A DNA stretch of 63,582 nt, filler included, from Gonapodya sp. JEL0774 (Eukaryota): the NCBI GenBank assembly GCA_027604505.1. It is 49 parts of 49 records of this genome, joined end to end, with 100 filler letters (N's around TTAATTAATTAA, not from the genome) between each part and the next. Parts side by side here need not be neighbours in the genome. Positions count along the whole stretch, not along the records: positions 62,394 to 63,582 come from JADIIX010003641.1; 48 more parts are not named here. One strand, 5' to 3'. The translations under genes and the position numbers were made by a program. Shown here in pieces: positions 62,394 through 63,582 of the stretch. Below the pieces are notes generated by a model, which saw only the letters and a program-made list of their open reading frames with translations, was not told the DNA's origin and did no database searches. Position 1 is the first letter of the stretch; every line of letters begins with the position of its first letter.

Positions 62394-63582
62394 CCGGAGG
62401 TTCCTTCAAAATGTGATTCACCCCACCCAATTTGGTATTGACCTTTAGAGCGACATTGTTCAAGTACTGAGACAGCTTGCTTCCCGATTGTCTGACATTT
62501 TTAAGTTGGATGACTTGACTGGATCCCAGTTGTAACAGGAGAAGCGGTGTATATGAAACGCGATCGCCATCAATCAAAGGAGTGTGCTATACCTTGGTAC
62601 TCCCAAATGAACATCCATAAGATCCTGGATGAGAGCCGTTGGACGTTGACTCTGCACTGTCGCTAGGATCGCGCACTTGATCAGAGAGTACGCACCTTCA
62701 AATCCGCGTAAAACTCTCCGCGTCCGGGCACGACAAAATAGATCAGAACCGGATCGGTGCTGAATTTGTTTTGGCACTGACGACGAATATTTTCGATGGC
62801 AGTCTCGATGTTCCTGCGTTCGGGACGGCAATACTCCAAAGCCAAGTCTTCCACTCTAGTAAAACCGATTCCGGTGTCTCCGAAGTTTTGCCGAAGAGCG
62901 CCGTCGAACTGGCGAGCGAAGTACATATTGTGCAAGGCATATATAATGGACCGTTCGCTCGAAGTATTCCCTACCTCCCAGAGCTGCTCCCCGCTGAGTT
63001 CGCGCTCACTGAACATTAGAATGTATCCGTAAGATGGGATCTGGACAGGCGCATAGAACTGTTTGATCGGAAATCAAAAGCTGTGTAGCCATTCTTCAAC
63101 TACGCACTGTGCAATATCGATCTCCTACCTTGATAGGACGGCCCCCTCCGAGTAAGTTCCACGCGCCGTCCCGGGGTTTTAAAACCTGAATATCAAAAAT
63201 GAATTAGTAGAATTATGGTGTCTGATATGATCTTCCGATACTAACAGCTTGGGATCCGTAAAGCAGATCTGGCGCACTCAAGATTCGTCCCGGAACCCGC
63301 ACCATGTTCTCGTCGACACGGACTTTCAAGTCACGGAGTTGTGGATTCTGTGCGTACTTGAGATTGGCGAACTGATAAAGTAAGCGATCTCTTCGGTGAG
63401 TCTGAGAAAGATCACCAATTCATGATGCAATTAATAGATACGGACACAGGTTTTGATGGCGTCCCTACGCATCTGAGGCTTCTGTGCGGTCGCGCGAATC
63501 ATGTTTGGAGACAAATGAAACCCAGACATCGTTGGCACCTTATAGGATCTCACGCACAGCGACTGCAGGAACTTACTTGTGC
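62394..63582 (-). CDS. AGO: Argonaute L2-MID-start of PIWI, multi-exon
   Basis: MIRATAQKP, MVRVPGRILSAPDLLYG, PRDGAWNL, FYADLK, LGVPSQVI, YLNNVALKVNTKLGGVN. Confidence 0.93.

Noticed and set aside
61105..63582. rvt next to Argonaute as an RT-Ago defence locus
   Set aside because: An artificial linker separates them, and there is no evidence of physical linkage.

Overview
This window is not contiguous genome. It is an artificial concatenation of 49 unrelated contigs of about 1.2 kb, sorted by decreasing length (1211 to 1189 bp) and joined by 100-bp N44-TTAATTAATTAA-N44 linkers, so gene neighbourhood across linkers means nothing. The DNA is from an intron-rich eukaryote, most likely an early-diverging zoosporic (flagellated) fungus. 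That is an inference from fungal-type GPI8, GPI13, VTC1, HIS4-like and DMA1-like genes plus a CSPP1-like centrosome/cilium gene. Recognisable host gene fragments: RAD51, two Argonaute pieces, RapGAP, CTF4/Mcl1, a zf-UBP deubiquitinase, a GBF1/Gea Sec7 GEF, MPC1, eIF3f, NUP42-like, RPT5, PTC5-like, arsenite methyltransferase, O-fucosyltransferase, an SDR and a decayed ABCG. Mobile and repetitive DNA: Copia Gag and RT fragments, a chromovirus-type Gypsy integrase, a PIF/Harbinger transposase and Myb partner, a hAT remnant and a 341-bp satellite. The most notable items are (i) a spliced cellular reverse-transcriptase-related rvt gene fragment with an open frame and atypical DIKDFY/RVVDD motifs (61105-62293), (ii) the N-terminal half of a Fanzor1 RNA-guided nuclease (15817-16905), and (iii) a GT60 GlcNAc-transferase packed tightly against another ORF, possibly of giant-virus origin. 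All family calls rest on motif recognition by eye; no searches were run.
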